Source: Selaginella moellendorffii | Lineage: Eukaryota; Plantae; Lycopodiophyta | Reading direction: 5' to 3' | Assembly (NCBI RefSeq): GCF_000143415.4 | Contig: NW_003314285.1 | Coordinates: forward strand, 1,561,471 to 1,625,470 | DNA length: 64,000 nucleotides | Shown: piece by piece, positions 45,301-57,177 of the stretch | How positions within the stretch are numbered: position 1 is the stretch's first letter | Layout of the letters: every line of letters starts with the position of its first letter | Translations under genes and position numbers: made by a program | Notes under the pieces: generated by a model | Told to the model about the DNA's origin: nothing | The model's database searches: none | Seen by the model: the letters and a program-made list of their open reading frames with translations, nothing else

Positions 45301-48300
45301 ATTTTTACCGAAAACCATTCCATTTTCGAAAGCCAGTACAAACTAGTGAAGAGGTTGGAGTTGACTTCGGTTGGCTTAGATCTTAGTAAGTAGTTTGTAT
45401 GATGCGGCCCGAAAGGGATGCTAACTTTTGGGGCTAAAGCAATTGAGTTGGATAGAGTCTGGAGTTAGTGTAGAAAAGTGGCTGTTGCGCTTTTCTAAGA
45501 AAGGTGACCCTTGTGCCTTTCTTTTGTAGTGTTGTGCTTGGTGACAGTTTGCACCTTGCATTTCGTTAGACTCTATGAGAGTAGTGAGCTCTCACTGATC
45601 TTGACTTGGTCTTGGTGGCCCTGCACCTTGGCTGAGGATGGTGATGTCCAACTTAGTTGTTTGAGTTTGAGATGTTGGTACCCGTACTATAGCTTTGTCT
45701 ATGAGGAGGTTGTGTACCGATATGAGTCCATCTCATGGTCTTCACTTTAGTTTCGACTGAGTGTTGATCACATAGCTAGCCTCTTCAAGGCATGCTCAAA
45801 GCTATTGACTAAATGCATTAGTGAGCTTATTGCGGTTGAGTTGGATTCGAGTGGCCATTTAGTTTGTGCTTGTCTATGAACTTTTATCTCGTACCTGGGG
45901 TATTATGTTCATGTTGGACAAGTATGTAACTCGATGACATGAGTTAGTGTTTGGGTCTTGTGAAGGCAAGTTGAAGGGCGATTGTTAGTTGCTTTGCGAC
46001 TAGTGATTATTTGTAGACTTTGTCAAAAAGACCGTTGACACTTGCTTTGCTCGATGATGATTTAGCAGTGGTGGGCTTACTTGACCGGATGGTGTTGCGG
46101 AGGATCGTGTTGTTGGACTTGCATGGTTTTCCATGTTGGCATGTCGACTATACCTCTGTTGATATCATTTGGTTACATTTAGTCCGTAGTGTTGGATTTC
46201 ATTGAGTCTTGGACGTGGTGAATCACTCCTTGATGATGTGTTATCTGTAACTGAGTATTGTTAGAGGATTGGTCTCGGATACTAGGTATAGTATCTTCGA
46301 CTTTGGTTAGCTTGGTTGCTGGAAAGCTCCGAGTGGTGATTCACTCTTGCTTTCTTCTAGCTTTGTCCTGGTGTTGATGCCATTGAAGTGATGCCTTGTC
46401 ATTAATATTGTTGATATTGAGATTTCAGTGAAATGAGATGTCTCTCCGCAAGATTGATGTCGAGTTTCGTTAGTCTTGATGAAGATAGTGTTGATGATTT
46501 GGCTGTAGCTTTGTGTTGTTGGCATTCGTGCAATTGCTAGTTAGCAATTGTATTAACGTTCAAATGAACTGAGTGGCAAGTTTGGGTTAGTTGTGTTCTA
46601 GACGAGATTGCTTAGTTGAGGTTGAGCTTTAGCTTTTCCTTGAAAAGTGATTTAGTCGTGGACAATGCTACCTCTATGAGAGGAAGAGTTAGTGATTGGC
46701 ATTGAAGTGATTGAATCCTTCTTGGATTTCAATTGAGATATATCAATCATTAATGATTTTTCTTGTGCTTGTTATGAGGTGAGTTACGTCTTGCTGTAGA
46801 TGGATTCATGGAGGATCGTTTGATGATCACTTGTTGAGCATAGCTTCGTTATACTTAACTTTTGGATTGATGCAAATACGCTCTTCATTAGCTTTGGCAT
46901 TATAAAGTTTGGCTTATGGATGTGTTGAGCTGAAGATAGTTGTGAGTATGCTACGATTTCTTCTTTCACATTGAAGTTAGCTTTTATGAGACTTGTGATC
47001 ATTATTAGGCAAGACTTGGCTATAGGCTTCTTCAAGCTTTGGTTCTTTGAGTTTTATGCTCATTGTTCCATTTGTTAGAAGTTGTTGGGGAAGGCATTTT
47101 GGATCATTAGCTTCAATGTTGAAGTTGGCTTTGCATCTGGCAATCATTGGTGATGATTGACTATCATCTAGGGTAGTTGATTATCCTTATCACAAGTTTT
47201 GCTTGATTATTGTTGGTTTGGAATTATTTGCTATTCTTCGGGATGGTAGATTCTTTCTTCAACAATGATTATACATCACTACATTGATGAGCTAATTGAC
47301 GATCTTTCATGATAGTTGGTTGTTCTCTTTGGCTTTTGGCTTTTCGCAATACCACATGTTCTTTATGGTTTGCTCTGGATTGGTCTTTTGGGTTTGAGAC
47401 ATCAATAGGATGTTGCTAACACTTGCTTAGGCAACTTGAGTTCCTTAGTGTTGTTGGCTGGGATCTATTCAGATTGACTAGTGTAATGGTTAATATGAAC
47501 AAGCGTTTGTTTGCTTTGCAACATTCATTTTGTTCTGTTGATTATTGCTCGAGTTAGTTCTCATAGATTAGGATGTTATTTCCTTTGGGTGATACATTCG
47601 CGAGCATTGTGCTTGTTAGTCAATAATACTTTGTGTTCTTTGAGTTGTGTTTTGTGAGTTGTTTGGCATGCTATCTGCCATTTTCGGTAGTTAAGTTTTA
47701 TCATTGAGTTTACTTGATGATATACTTGCTATTGAATTTTGTTGGATGGTGAATCCTATGTTTTCCAAAGTTAGTGATCTTGGTGGTTCCTATCCTATAA
47801 TACTAGTTTATCGGATGATAACTTACTTGGAATACTTTTGTGTTCTAATATAAGATTTATTCACTGATAATTCCGACTCTAAGATATCATTGTCTATGAC
47901 TTTGATATTGTCCATCCATTGATCTTTGAGTTTGGGCCAGTATAGGCAGACTGGCTTCGGCACTTCGTGTGCATGTTGAAATCTCTAGTCATGGGGTAGC
48001 TACTGTCGACTGGTCACATAACCCGCCTCTCTGTCGATGTTTCTTATTTTCGTTGAAAGGGCGTGACCGTGTAAACAACTCTAACTGCCTGTTGACAGTA
48101 GTCTATCTAAACCTTACCGACGGGTTTGGTTTCTTTGCTCAGGAGGGTTGGGGCCTCTGGCTTCTCTCTCTATGTCCCTGCGGACAGGGCGTATCACACT
48201 TTTGTAGCTGGGTGACACCCAAAGCAGCAAGGGTGGCTGACTCCATTGGTCATTTCCTTGTCGGTGACGGCCGGAAGGTGTCTGAGCTGGTAGCGCATCT

Positions 48301-49531
48301 GCGTTAGACAAAGAGGTTGCCCCCTAACTCATTTAAGTTGGTGCATTTCTCACATAGTGTGAGTACCGTGAACTTTTTATGGAGTTGTTTCCTTGGCGGT
48401 ATTCTAGACTGGAGTATGCATCGACGAGGACGTCGATCTTCCCAAGGGGGGGAGAGTGTCGCGCATGTGACTTCGGGTATCGAAAGTTACCTGTCGGCTA
48501 GTCCTTACGGACACTCTTACCTTACTGCCACGATGGCAGGAGGTCGGTATTGCTGGACCCGTTATCAGTTTCCACCTAAGCTAGTTGAGAAACTGGTCAT
48601 CACATGTGCACTTAGACTGGAAGGGCACTAAGGAAGGAAATCCTAAGTTGTCATTTAGTCAAGCAGACTTGACACGGTGATGAGAAACTCATGATGTTGG
48701 CTTGCACTTGCTAGTGTTAGGAACCCCCGCGATATTGAGATTGGTCCCTCAATATTCGCTAGATGATAGCTTACCGTGTCTGCCAAACACCCTCGCTATC
48801 ATGCCCTTTGTGTTAGTCTCATTTCGGTCCCAAATGCTATTTATGGAAAGTGTCCAGATTTGCTCATTTGGCATATCTACGGAATGTAGAGATCGGCCTG
48901 AACACAATGGTGTTCGTCCCGTGTCCAAATTCACAATCTAAGGACATTCTATATTTAGTAAGTTTTGAGTTTGTCCCAGAGACTAACTCCTGATACTAAG
49001 GGAGGCTTGGGGTGAAAGCCCAAAGCGTGTGTTCCTCAAGGGGGGGGGGCTATGGGGGGTTCCAAATGTATAGTAGGGATAGTGGGTAGGTCGGGCATGG
49101 CCGACCAACCTGAGGCATAGTCTAGCTCCCCCTTGCGTGCCTGTCCTTGTTCTGCGTCCGGCTTGGGTCTAAGCCCAAGTTCCATTCCATGCTAGCTGGT
49201 GGAGTACCTATATCCTCACGTTAGGCCACCGGTATGCCGAAATAGCGCCAGACTCCGTTTGGCTCCGTTTTGCGTGCTGGTCCTGGCATTGGGATGCTGG
49301 TTGCTCCAGGACTGTTCCAAGTCGCTCCGGGGCCCTGTCTCTTCACTCCTTGGGCTTTATGCTCGGGAGTTGCTCCGTGGTTCGGTTCCATCACTCCTTG
49401 GCTCCACGCTTGGGAGTTTGGCACCGTTCCTTCGTTCAGTGGCTCAAGGCCCTGAACCTTGGGTTCCTGTGGACACGTGGCATGGACACGTGGCATGTGA
49501 CACATGGCATCTGTCACGTGGCACAAAGAGG
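42325..49531 (+). mobile_element. Near full-length non-autonomous Ty3/gypsy-type LTR retrotransposon (copy C): 5' LTR 42325-43474, internal region 43475-48456, 3' LTR from 48457 into the gap
   Basis: Two near-identical LTRs offset by 6132 bp (TGTCGCG...CTACA). The PBS TGGTATCAGAG at 43477 is complementary to tRNA-iMet, and the PPT AAGGGGGGGAGAG precedes 48457. There is no long internal ORF, only faint RT/integrase-like remnants, so the gypsy assignment is tentative. Confidence 0.9.
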
Positions 49532-50057
49532 NNNNNNNNNNNNNNNNNNNNNNNNNNNNNNNNNNNNNNNNNNNNNNNNNNNNNNNNNNNNNNNNNNNNN
49601 NNNNNNNNNNNNNNNNNNNNNNNNNNNNNNNNNNNNNNNNNNNNNNNNNNNNNNNNNNNNNNNNNNNNNNNNNNNNNNNNNNNNNNNNNNNNNNNNNNNN
49701 NNNNNNNNNNNNNNNNNNNNNNNNNNNNNNNNNNNNNNNNNNNNNNNNNNNNNNNNNNNNNNNNNNNNNNNNNNNNNNNNNNNNNNNNNNNNNNNNNNNN
49801 NNNNNNNNNNNNNNNNNNNNNNNNNNNNNNNNNNNNNNNNNNNNNNNNNNNNNNNNNNNNNNNNNNNNNNNNNNNNNNNNNNNNNNNNNNNNNNNNNNNN
49901 NNNNNNNNNNNNNNNNNNNNNNNNNNNNNNNNNNNNNNNNNNNNNNNNNNNNNNNNNNNNNNNNNNNNNNNNNNNNNNNNNNNNNNNNNNNNNNNNNNNN
50001 NNNNNNNNNNNNNNNNNNNNNNNNNNNNNNNNNNNNNNNNNNNNNNNNNNNNNNNNN
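49532..50057. other. Assembly gap (N run); other gaps at 50916-51015, 53378-53773 and 55396-55495
   Basis: Runs of n. Confidence 0.99.
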
Positions 50058-53000
50058 CATGTTCTCTTCTTGGAGAAATGATTTGCAACGAGGTGTGACT
50101 CATTGCTCATATTCACATTATGCAATCAAGAGTCCCTATCTTGATGCATGTTGGAGATGGTGGTCTTACAATGATGAGTTATGGGATGGATAGCAGTGAA
50201 ACGCTAATCCATTTTGTCTAGGCTTGCTATTAGAAGACTTGGGTTGCAATGCTCAAATTCTTTTCCGGGGAACCTTGCTATTGCTCCTTGAGTAGCTTGG
50301 TGTTGGATTAGTTTTGAGTTTGGTCAGAAAGAGGGTGGCATGAGCTTATCTGTGTTGTGAACAAAAGTTGGTGGTATTTGGTGTCGTAAACCTCTATTGG
50401 TGGAGTGTGGCATTTATGTTGCATTTTGTCGAATCGAGTTGGCATTTGATACTCACATAAACATTTGAAGTAATGACATAAGCTTTGCTCATTGCGTTAC
50501 TCAATTGATGATCAAGTCATTGTGATTTATATCATATCCATGTGATAATGAGCAATGTGTTTACGAAGTTGCTTGGTTAAATGATGATCAACCCCAAAGT
50601 GGTTGATGGAGAAGCTAGTCTACTTGCACGAAGTAGCATTGTAGTAGCCTTGACTGGATTCTCAATGGTGGTCCATTATGCTAAGCTTATGTTGGTACCT
50701 TGTTTCCTTGATGGTTTGCCCATAAGGTGTTGGAAATGGGTTGTAGCATTCATTTGCTATAGCTCATCTATTGATCCGTTAGCATTTGGAGTAGATTATT
50801 GGATGGAGAAAGTGTGAGGTTGATGCATTGACATCGCTAGCACTTGTGTTAGTGGAAGTGGCATTGTTGATTCGAGTGATGAGGAATTTTCCTTAGAGCT
50901 TGATTTTCCATGTCANNNNNNNNNNNNNNNNNNNNNNNNNNNNNNNNNNNNNNNNNNNNNNNNNNNNNNNNNNNNNNNNNNNNNNNNNNNNNNNNNNNNN
51001 NNNNNNNNNNNNNNNTTAGTGCAATGTGGATATCCGAAGATGTGGTCTTCTTGATCAAGTTTTAGATATTCATTTAGCATTTTGCAGATGTCAGTGTTTG
51101 ATATCGGAAAAATGGGCAAAGATGTTCAATGCTTAAGCATATTATGGGTTATGAGAATTTGTGTTGAGGTGAACCTAAGTGAAGTTGTTAGTAAGAGGAA
51201 GTTGGTCGAGTCTTGAAAGTTTGCAATCCTGGATTGAGAGTCATTCTTTCTCTAGAATGGAAAATTTTCCACAAATTTTCTTAGGCTTTTCCAATGGTTG
51301 ATCTGTCAGTCACTTTGCTCGAAAACCAATCCGTTTTCGAAAGCCATTACAAACTAGTGAAAGGGTTGAAGTTGACTTTGGTTAGCTTAGACCTTAGTAA
51401 ATAGTTTGTATGATGCGACCTGAAAGGGATGCTAACTTTTGAGGCTAAAACAATTGAATTGGATAGAGTCTATAGTTGGTGTAGAAAAGTGGCCATTGCA
51501 CTTTTCTAAAAAAGGTGACCCTTGTGCCTTTCTTATATGGCATTTTTCTTGGTGGTAGGTTGCACTTTGCATTTCATTAGACTTTACGAGAGTAGTGAGC
51601 TCTCACTGATCTTGACTTGGTCTTGGTGGCCCTGCACCTTGGTTAAGGATGGTGATGTCCAACTTAGTTGTTTGAGGTTGAGATGTTGGTACTCATACTA
51701 TAGCTTTGTTTATGAGGAGGTTGTGTACCGATATGAGTCCATCTCATGGTTTACACTTTAGTTTCGACTGAGTGTTGATCACATAGCTAGCCTCTTCAAG
51801 GCATGCTCAAAGCTATTGACTAAATGCATTAGTGAGCTTATTGCGGTTGAGTTGGATTCGAGTGGTCATTTAGTTTGTGCTTGTCTATGAACTTTTATCT
51901 CGTACCTGGGGTATTATGTTCATGTTGGACAAGTATGTAACTCGATGGCATGAGTTAGTGTTCGGGTCTTGTGAAGGCAAGTTGAAGGGCGATTGTTAGT
52001 TGATTTGCGACTAGTGATTACTTGTAGACTTTGTCAAAAAGACTGTTGACACTTGCTTTGCTCGATGATGATTTCGCAGTGATGGGCTGGCTTTACTGGA
52101 TGGTGTTGCGGAGGATCGTGTTGTTGGACTTGCATGGTTTTCCATGTTGGCATGTCGACTTTACCTTTGTTGATATCATTTTGTTACATTTAGTCCGTAG
52201 TGTTGGATTTCATTGAGTTTTGGACATGGTGAATCACTCCTTGATGAAGTGTTATCTTTAATTGCGTATTGTTGGAAGATTAGTTTTGGATACTGAGTAA
52301 AGTATCTTTGACCTTGGTTAGCTTAGTTGCTAGGGAGTTTTGAGTGATGATTCAATCGTGCTTTCTTCTAGCTTTGTCCTGATGTTGATGGCATTAAAGT
52401 GATGCTTTGTCATTGACATTGTTGATATTGAGATTCGAGTGAAATGAGATATCCTTCCAAGGATTGATATTGAATTTCATTAGTCTTGATGAATATAGTG
52501 TTGATGATTTGGCTATAGCTTTGTGTTGTTGGCATTCGTGCATTTGCTAGTTAGCAACTGTGTTGACGTTCAAACGAACTGAGTGGCAAGTTGAGTTAGT
52601 TGTGTTCTAGACGAGATTATTTAGTAGAGGGTTGAGCTTTAGCTTTTCCTTGAAAAGTGATTTAGTCGTGGACTATGCTAACTCTACAAGAAGAGGAGTT
52701 AGTGATCGATATTAGAATGTTTGAATCCTTATTAGATTTGGATTGGAATATAGCAATCATTAATGATTCTTTTTGAGCTTGTTATGAAGTGAGTTACGTC
52801 TTGCTATAGATGGATTCATGGAGGATCGTTTGATGATCACTTGTTGAGCATAGCTTTGTTATGCTTAGCTTTTGGATTGATGCAGATATGCTTTTCATTA
52901 GCTTTAGCATTATAAAATTTGACTTATGGATGTGTTGAGGAAGATATTGTGGGTTGCATCACGATTTCTTCTTTAGCATTGAAGTTAGCTTCTATGAGAC

Positions 53001-55076
53001 TTGTGATCCTTATTAGGCAAAACTTGGCTATAGGCTTCTTCAAGTTTTGGTTCCTTGAGTTTTGTGCTCATTGTTCCATTTGTTAGAAGTTGTTAGGGAA
53101 GGCATTTTGGCTCCTAGCTTTGATGTTGAAGTTAGTATTTGCATTTAGCAATCATTGGTGATGCTTGACTATTATCTAAGATAGTTGATTATCCTTGTCA
53201 AAAAGTTTTGCTTAATTATTATTGGTATAGAATGATTTGTTGTTCTTCGGGATGGTGGATTCCTTCTTAGCCGATGATTTTACATCTCTTTATTGATGGG
53301 ATGATTGATGATCTTTCATGATAGTTAGTTGTTCTCTTTGATGGCTTGTGGCTTTTCGCAATATCACATGTTCTTTGNNNNNNNNNNNNNNNNNNNNNNN
53401 NNNNNNNNNNNNNNNNNNNNNNNNNNNNNNNNNNNNNNNNNNNNNNNNNNNNNNNNNNNNNNNNNNNNNNNNNNNNNNNNNNNNNNNNNNNNNNNNNNNN
53501 NNNNNNNNNNNNNNNNNNNNNNNNNNNNNNNNNNNNNNNNNNNNNNNNNNNNNNNNNNNNNNNNNNNNNNNNNNNNNNNNNNNNNNNNNNNNNNNNNNNN
53601 NNNNNNNNNNNNNNNNNNNNNNNNNNNNNNNNNNNNNNNNNNNNNNNNNNNNNNNNNNNNNNNNNNNNNNNNNNNNNNNNNNNNNNNNNNNNNNNNNNNN
53701 NNNNNNNNNNNNNNNNNNNNNNNNNNNNNNNNNNNNNNNNNNNNNNNNNNNNNNNNNNNNNNNNNNNNNNNNNTTTCCAATGATAGTGATCTTGGTGGTT
53801 CTTATACTATAATACTAGTTTATCGGATGATAACTTACTTGGAATACTTTTGTGTTCTAATCTAAGATATATTCACTGATAATTAAGTCTCTAAGATATC
53901 ATTGTCTATGACTTTGATATAGTCCATATATTGATCTTTGAGTTTGGGCTAGTATAGATAGATTGGCTTCGGCACTTCGTGTGCATGGTGAAATCTCTAG
54001 TTATGAGGTAGTTACTATCAACTGGTCACATAACCCGCCTCTCTGTCGATGATCCTTATTCCGTTAAAAGGGCATGACCGTGTAAACAACTCTAACTACC
54101 TATTTACAGTAGTCTATTTAAACCTTACCGACGGGTTTGGTTTCTTTGCTTAAGAGGGTTGGGGCCTCTGGCTTCTCTCTCTATGTCCTTGCGGGCAGGG
54201 GTGTATCACACTTTTGTAGCTGGGTGACACCCAGAGCAGCAAGGGTGGCTGACTCCATTGGTCATTTCCTTGTCGGCGACGGCTGGAAGGTATCTGAGCT
54301 GGTAGCGCATCCGCGTTAGAGAAAGAGGTTACCCCCTAACTCATTTAAGTTGGTGCATTTTTCACATAGTGTGAATACCGTGAACTTTTTCTGGAGTTGT
54401 TTCCTTGGCGGTATTCTAGACTCGAGTGTGCATCGACGAGGACGTCGATCTTCCCTAGGGGGGGAGAGTGTCGTGCATGTGACTTTGGGTATCGAAAGTT
54501 ACCTATCGACCAATCCTTACAGACACTCTTACCTTACTACCACGATGGCAGGAGGTCGGTATTGCTGGACCCTTTATTAGTCCCTCTTGTTCAAGTGTTA
54601 GTAAACTGGACTTTGCATCTGTACTTGGCCGGATGAGTATAAGGAAGGAATTCCTAAGTGTCTATTTAGCTGAGCATACTCGGCCCAACTTGTTAGTTCT
54701 CTTTTGCTCTGTCTTGCATTGGCTTGACAAGAACCCTCGCATATTGAGATTGGTCCCTCAATATCACTACATGATAGCTTACCGTGTCTACCAAACACTC
54801 TTGCTATCATGCCCTTTGTGTTAGTCTCATTTCAGTCCTAAATGCTATTTATGGAAAGTGTCCAGATTTGCTCATTTGGCATATCTACGGAATGTAGAGA
54901 TTGGCCTGAACACAATGGTGTTCATCCCGTATCCAAGTTCACAATCTAAGGACATTCCATATTTAGCAAGTTTCAAGCTTGTCCCAGAGACTAACTCCTG
55001 GTACTAAGGGAGGCTTGGGGTGAAAGCCCAAAGCATATGTTCCTCAAGGGGAGGGGGGGGGGGGGGGGGGGGGGGG
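50058..55076 (+). mobile_element. Further gapped copy (D) of the internal region with PPT and 3' LTR starting at 54469 (B-type LTR variant)
   Basis: Collinear with 44085-48456. PPT GGGGGGGAGAG then TG at 54469. The LTR carries the same diagnostic segment as the LTR at 40060. Confidence 0.85.
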
Positions 55077-55639
55077 TTTTCCCAAATTTCCCAAATTTTA
55101 ATAAGGAAAATGGGGAGGGCGGGCATTGCCCACCCACCCGGGGGAAAAACCAACCCTCCCTTTGGGGCCCTTCCCTTTTTTTCGCCCGGGTTGGGGCTAA
55201 ACCCCAATTTCCTTTCCTGGTAAGGGGGGGGGGAACCCCCTCCCCCCCTTTGGCCCCCCGTATTCCCAAAAAACCCCCAAACCCCTTTTGGCCCCCTTTT
55301 GGGGGTGGGCCCCGGCTTTGGAAGGTTATTACCCCCAAAAAATTCTAAAAGCCTTTGGGGGCCCAACCCTCTCCCCCTTGGGCCAAAAACCCCGGNNNNN
55401 NNNNNNNNNNNNNNNNNNNNNNNNNNNNNNNNNNNNNNNNNNNNNNNNNNNNNNNNNNNNNNNNNNNNNNNNNNNNNNNNNNNNNNNNNNNNNNNTACAT
55501 CTCATCCCAATTCCCTTTGTAACTGCAACATGGGTCTAATAAAGAAGTGTCTAACAAATCATGTTGGTACTATGGCTTCATCATCTCCATGTCCACCACA
55601 TTCTTGGCTGTGTGCCAAAGAGCCTATTTGATTGGTAGA

Positions 55640-56290
55640 ATAATAACTTATTTATATTTTAATTGTGAGTAAGAAAAATAACATATAAATTATATAAATT
55701 TAGAGAGAATTCACTTAAATGCATATTTAATTTCTCTAAATCTAAGTTATACTTAAATTCCTCTTCATTCTCTATTTTGATTTGCAACAGTTTACTTGAT
55801 TACTCATTACTAGTGATGACATATTTAAATAAAAAACATTAAACTGTGAATCAACACATACACTAGAAAAAATATGAGAAGAAAAGACTATAGATTTAAG
55901 GATAAATATAAAAAAACAAGAAAGGAGAACAAATAGAAAAAATTAAGAAGATAGAGATAAAAGAATCAAAAGACAAAATTAAGGAGTGATATTAATTATC
56001 CTAGGAAATCTTTAACTTGTTTCTAATGTTATTGAACACATTAATTAAATTGAGCTCAGACATCATCTTCTCACAAACTTGATCCTTTGAATTTAAGAAA
56101 TAACTGATCACACTCATATTAATTTTAAATAGTAATACAATTTTAAAAGTACGAGCAATTTCATAATCACATCCCACAAAAGATGGATATAGCAATGCTC
56201 CAAGATTTTATCCATCTTAAGCATATATACAAAATAACACCAATAAATTACACCTCTTGACATATCTAATATCTAGTGATATGATAGTAA
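55640..56290. repeat. AT-rich segment duplicated at ~61360-61980, upstream of both lectin-PPR duplicates
   Basis: Direct match, for example tttagagagaatt.acttaaa.gcatatttaatttctctaaatctaa in both places. Confidence 0.8.
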
Positions 56291-56720
56291 GAGCAATGTT
56301 TTAGGTGAGGATAATAAAATAAAAGGCAGTCTCAAGCAACATGGAATTTGATCAATGGCATGGTACAGCATATTGGCATAAAAGGATAAGAACTAAGGAT
56401 AATGTATAGAAAAAATAAAAAACTTAAAAGTTGCTAAATAATATGCAACACTTTAAATTAACCCCTCTCTCTCTCTTATATATATATATAGACTATTTAA
56501 TCACTGTTTATATCCATACAATTTCCCTGAAGAGTGGGAGTGAACATTTTTCTCTACATTAGTCAGATGATTATATTCTTAGGATATGTGCTATTATACA
56601 TATCATTATATTGGAGACAATAAAATTTTGTTTGGTGCATTATTGTTAGTGCAATATTACTTTTAAAATGGATATACTTTTTATATATGATACAATTATA
56701 TTTATATTATAGAGATAAAA

Positions 56721-57177
56721 ATGGCAATATTGATATTATTTATTATTCTTCTAAGTTTTTATGAATGTCAAGCATATGTATCTAATAGGTCTATGGCAAC
56801 ATGGCTGTGACTCTTGCAAGCTCCATGAAAACATGTCCATTCTAAAATATCCAGCTCAAAGTGCATATTAGCAATTAAATCCTCTGCATCAACCAAATAG
56901 CTAGCACGTCCCAAAAGATCAACCATACAACAAAAGTGCCACTGGTTGGGTTTGATGTTAAAGTCAGCTTGCATTGACAAAAACCAATGGTGACCTGTGT
57001 GGGTTTTTCCAACATGGCTACAAGTGAGAAGAGCAGACAAAAAAGACATAGACATGAGTTTCATGGCATCAAAAAGATCAATAGCCTTTTTAGAGTGACC
57101 ATTATGGGCATATGCAGACAGCATTGCACTCCACACTAAATCTTTGGGTATGTGCCACGAGTATTGCAATTCAGGCA
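56721..57177. pseudogene. Collapsed duplicate: 5' end of the B-lectin gene (+) fused to two fragments of the 33.7-35.5 kb PPR gene (-)
   Basis: 56721-56794 matches 32808-32882, 56795-57142 matches ~33791-34152, and 57143-57177 matches ~35131-35166. Confidence 0.85.

Noticed and set aside
40541-49455. Recurrent ~110-125-aa ORFs (MEYP.PHV...RLRLAPFCVLV)
   Set aside because: They recur only because they lie in LTR copies. They have non-ATG starts and no domain signal.
49199-53865. ORFs of 140-300 aa containing X runs
   Set aside because: Artefacts of translating through N gaps.
55047-55395. G/C homopolymer-rich sequence with Gly/Pro-rich ORFs, suggestive of a G-quadruplex
   Set aside because: It tracks the LTR sequence in garbled form right after a long poly-G and ends at a gap, which is typical low-quality read slippage.
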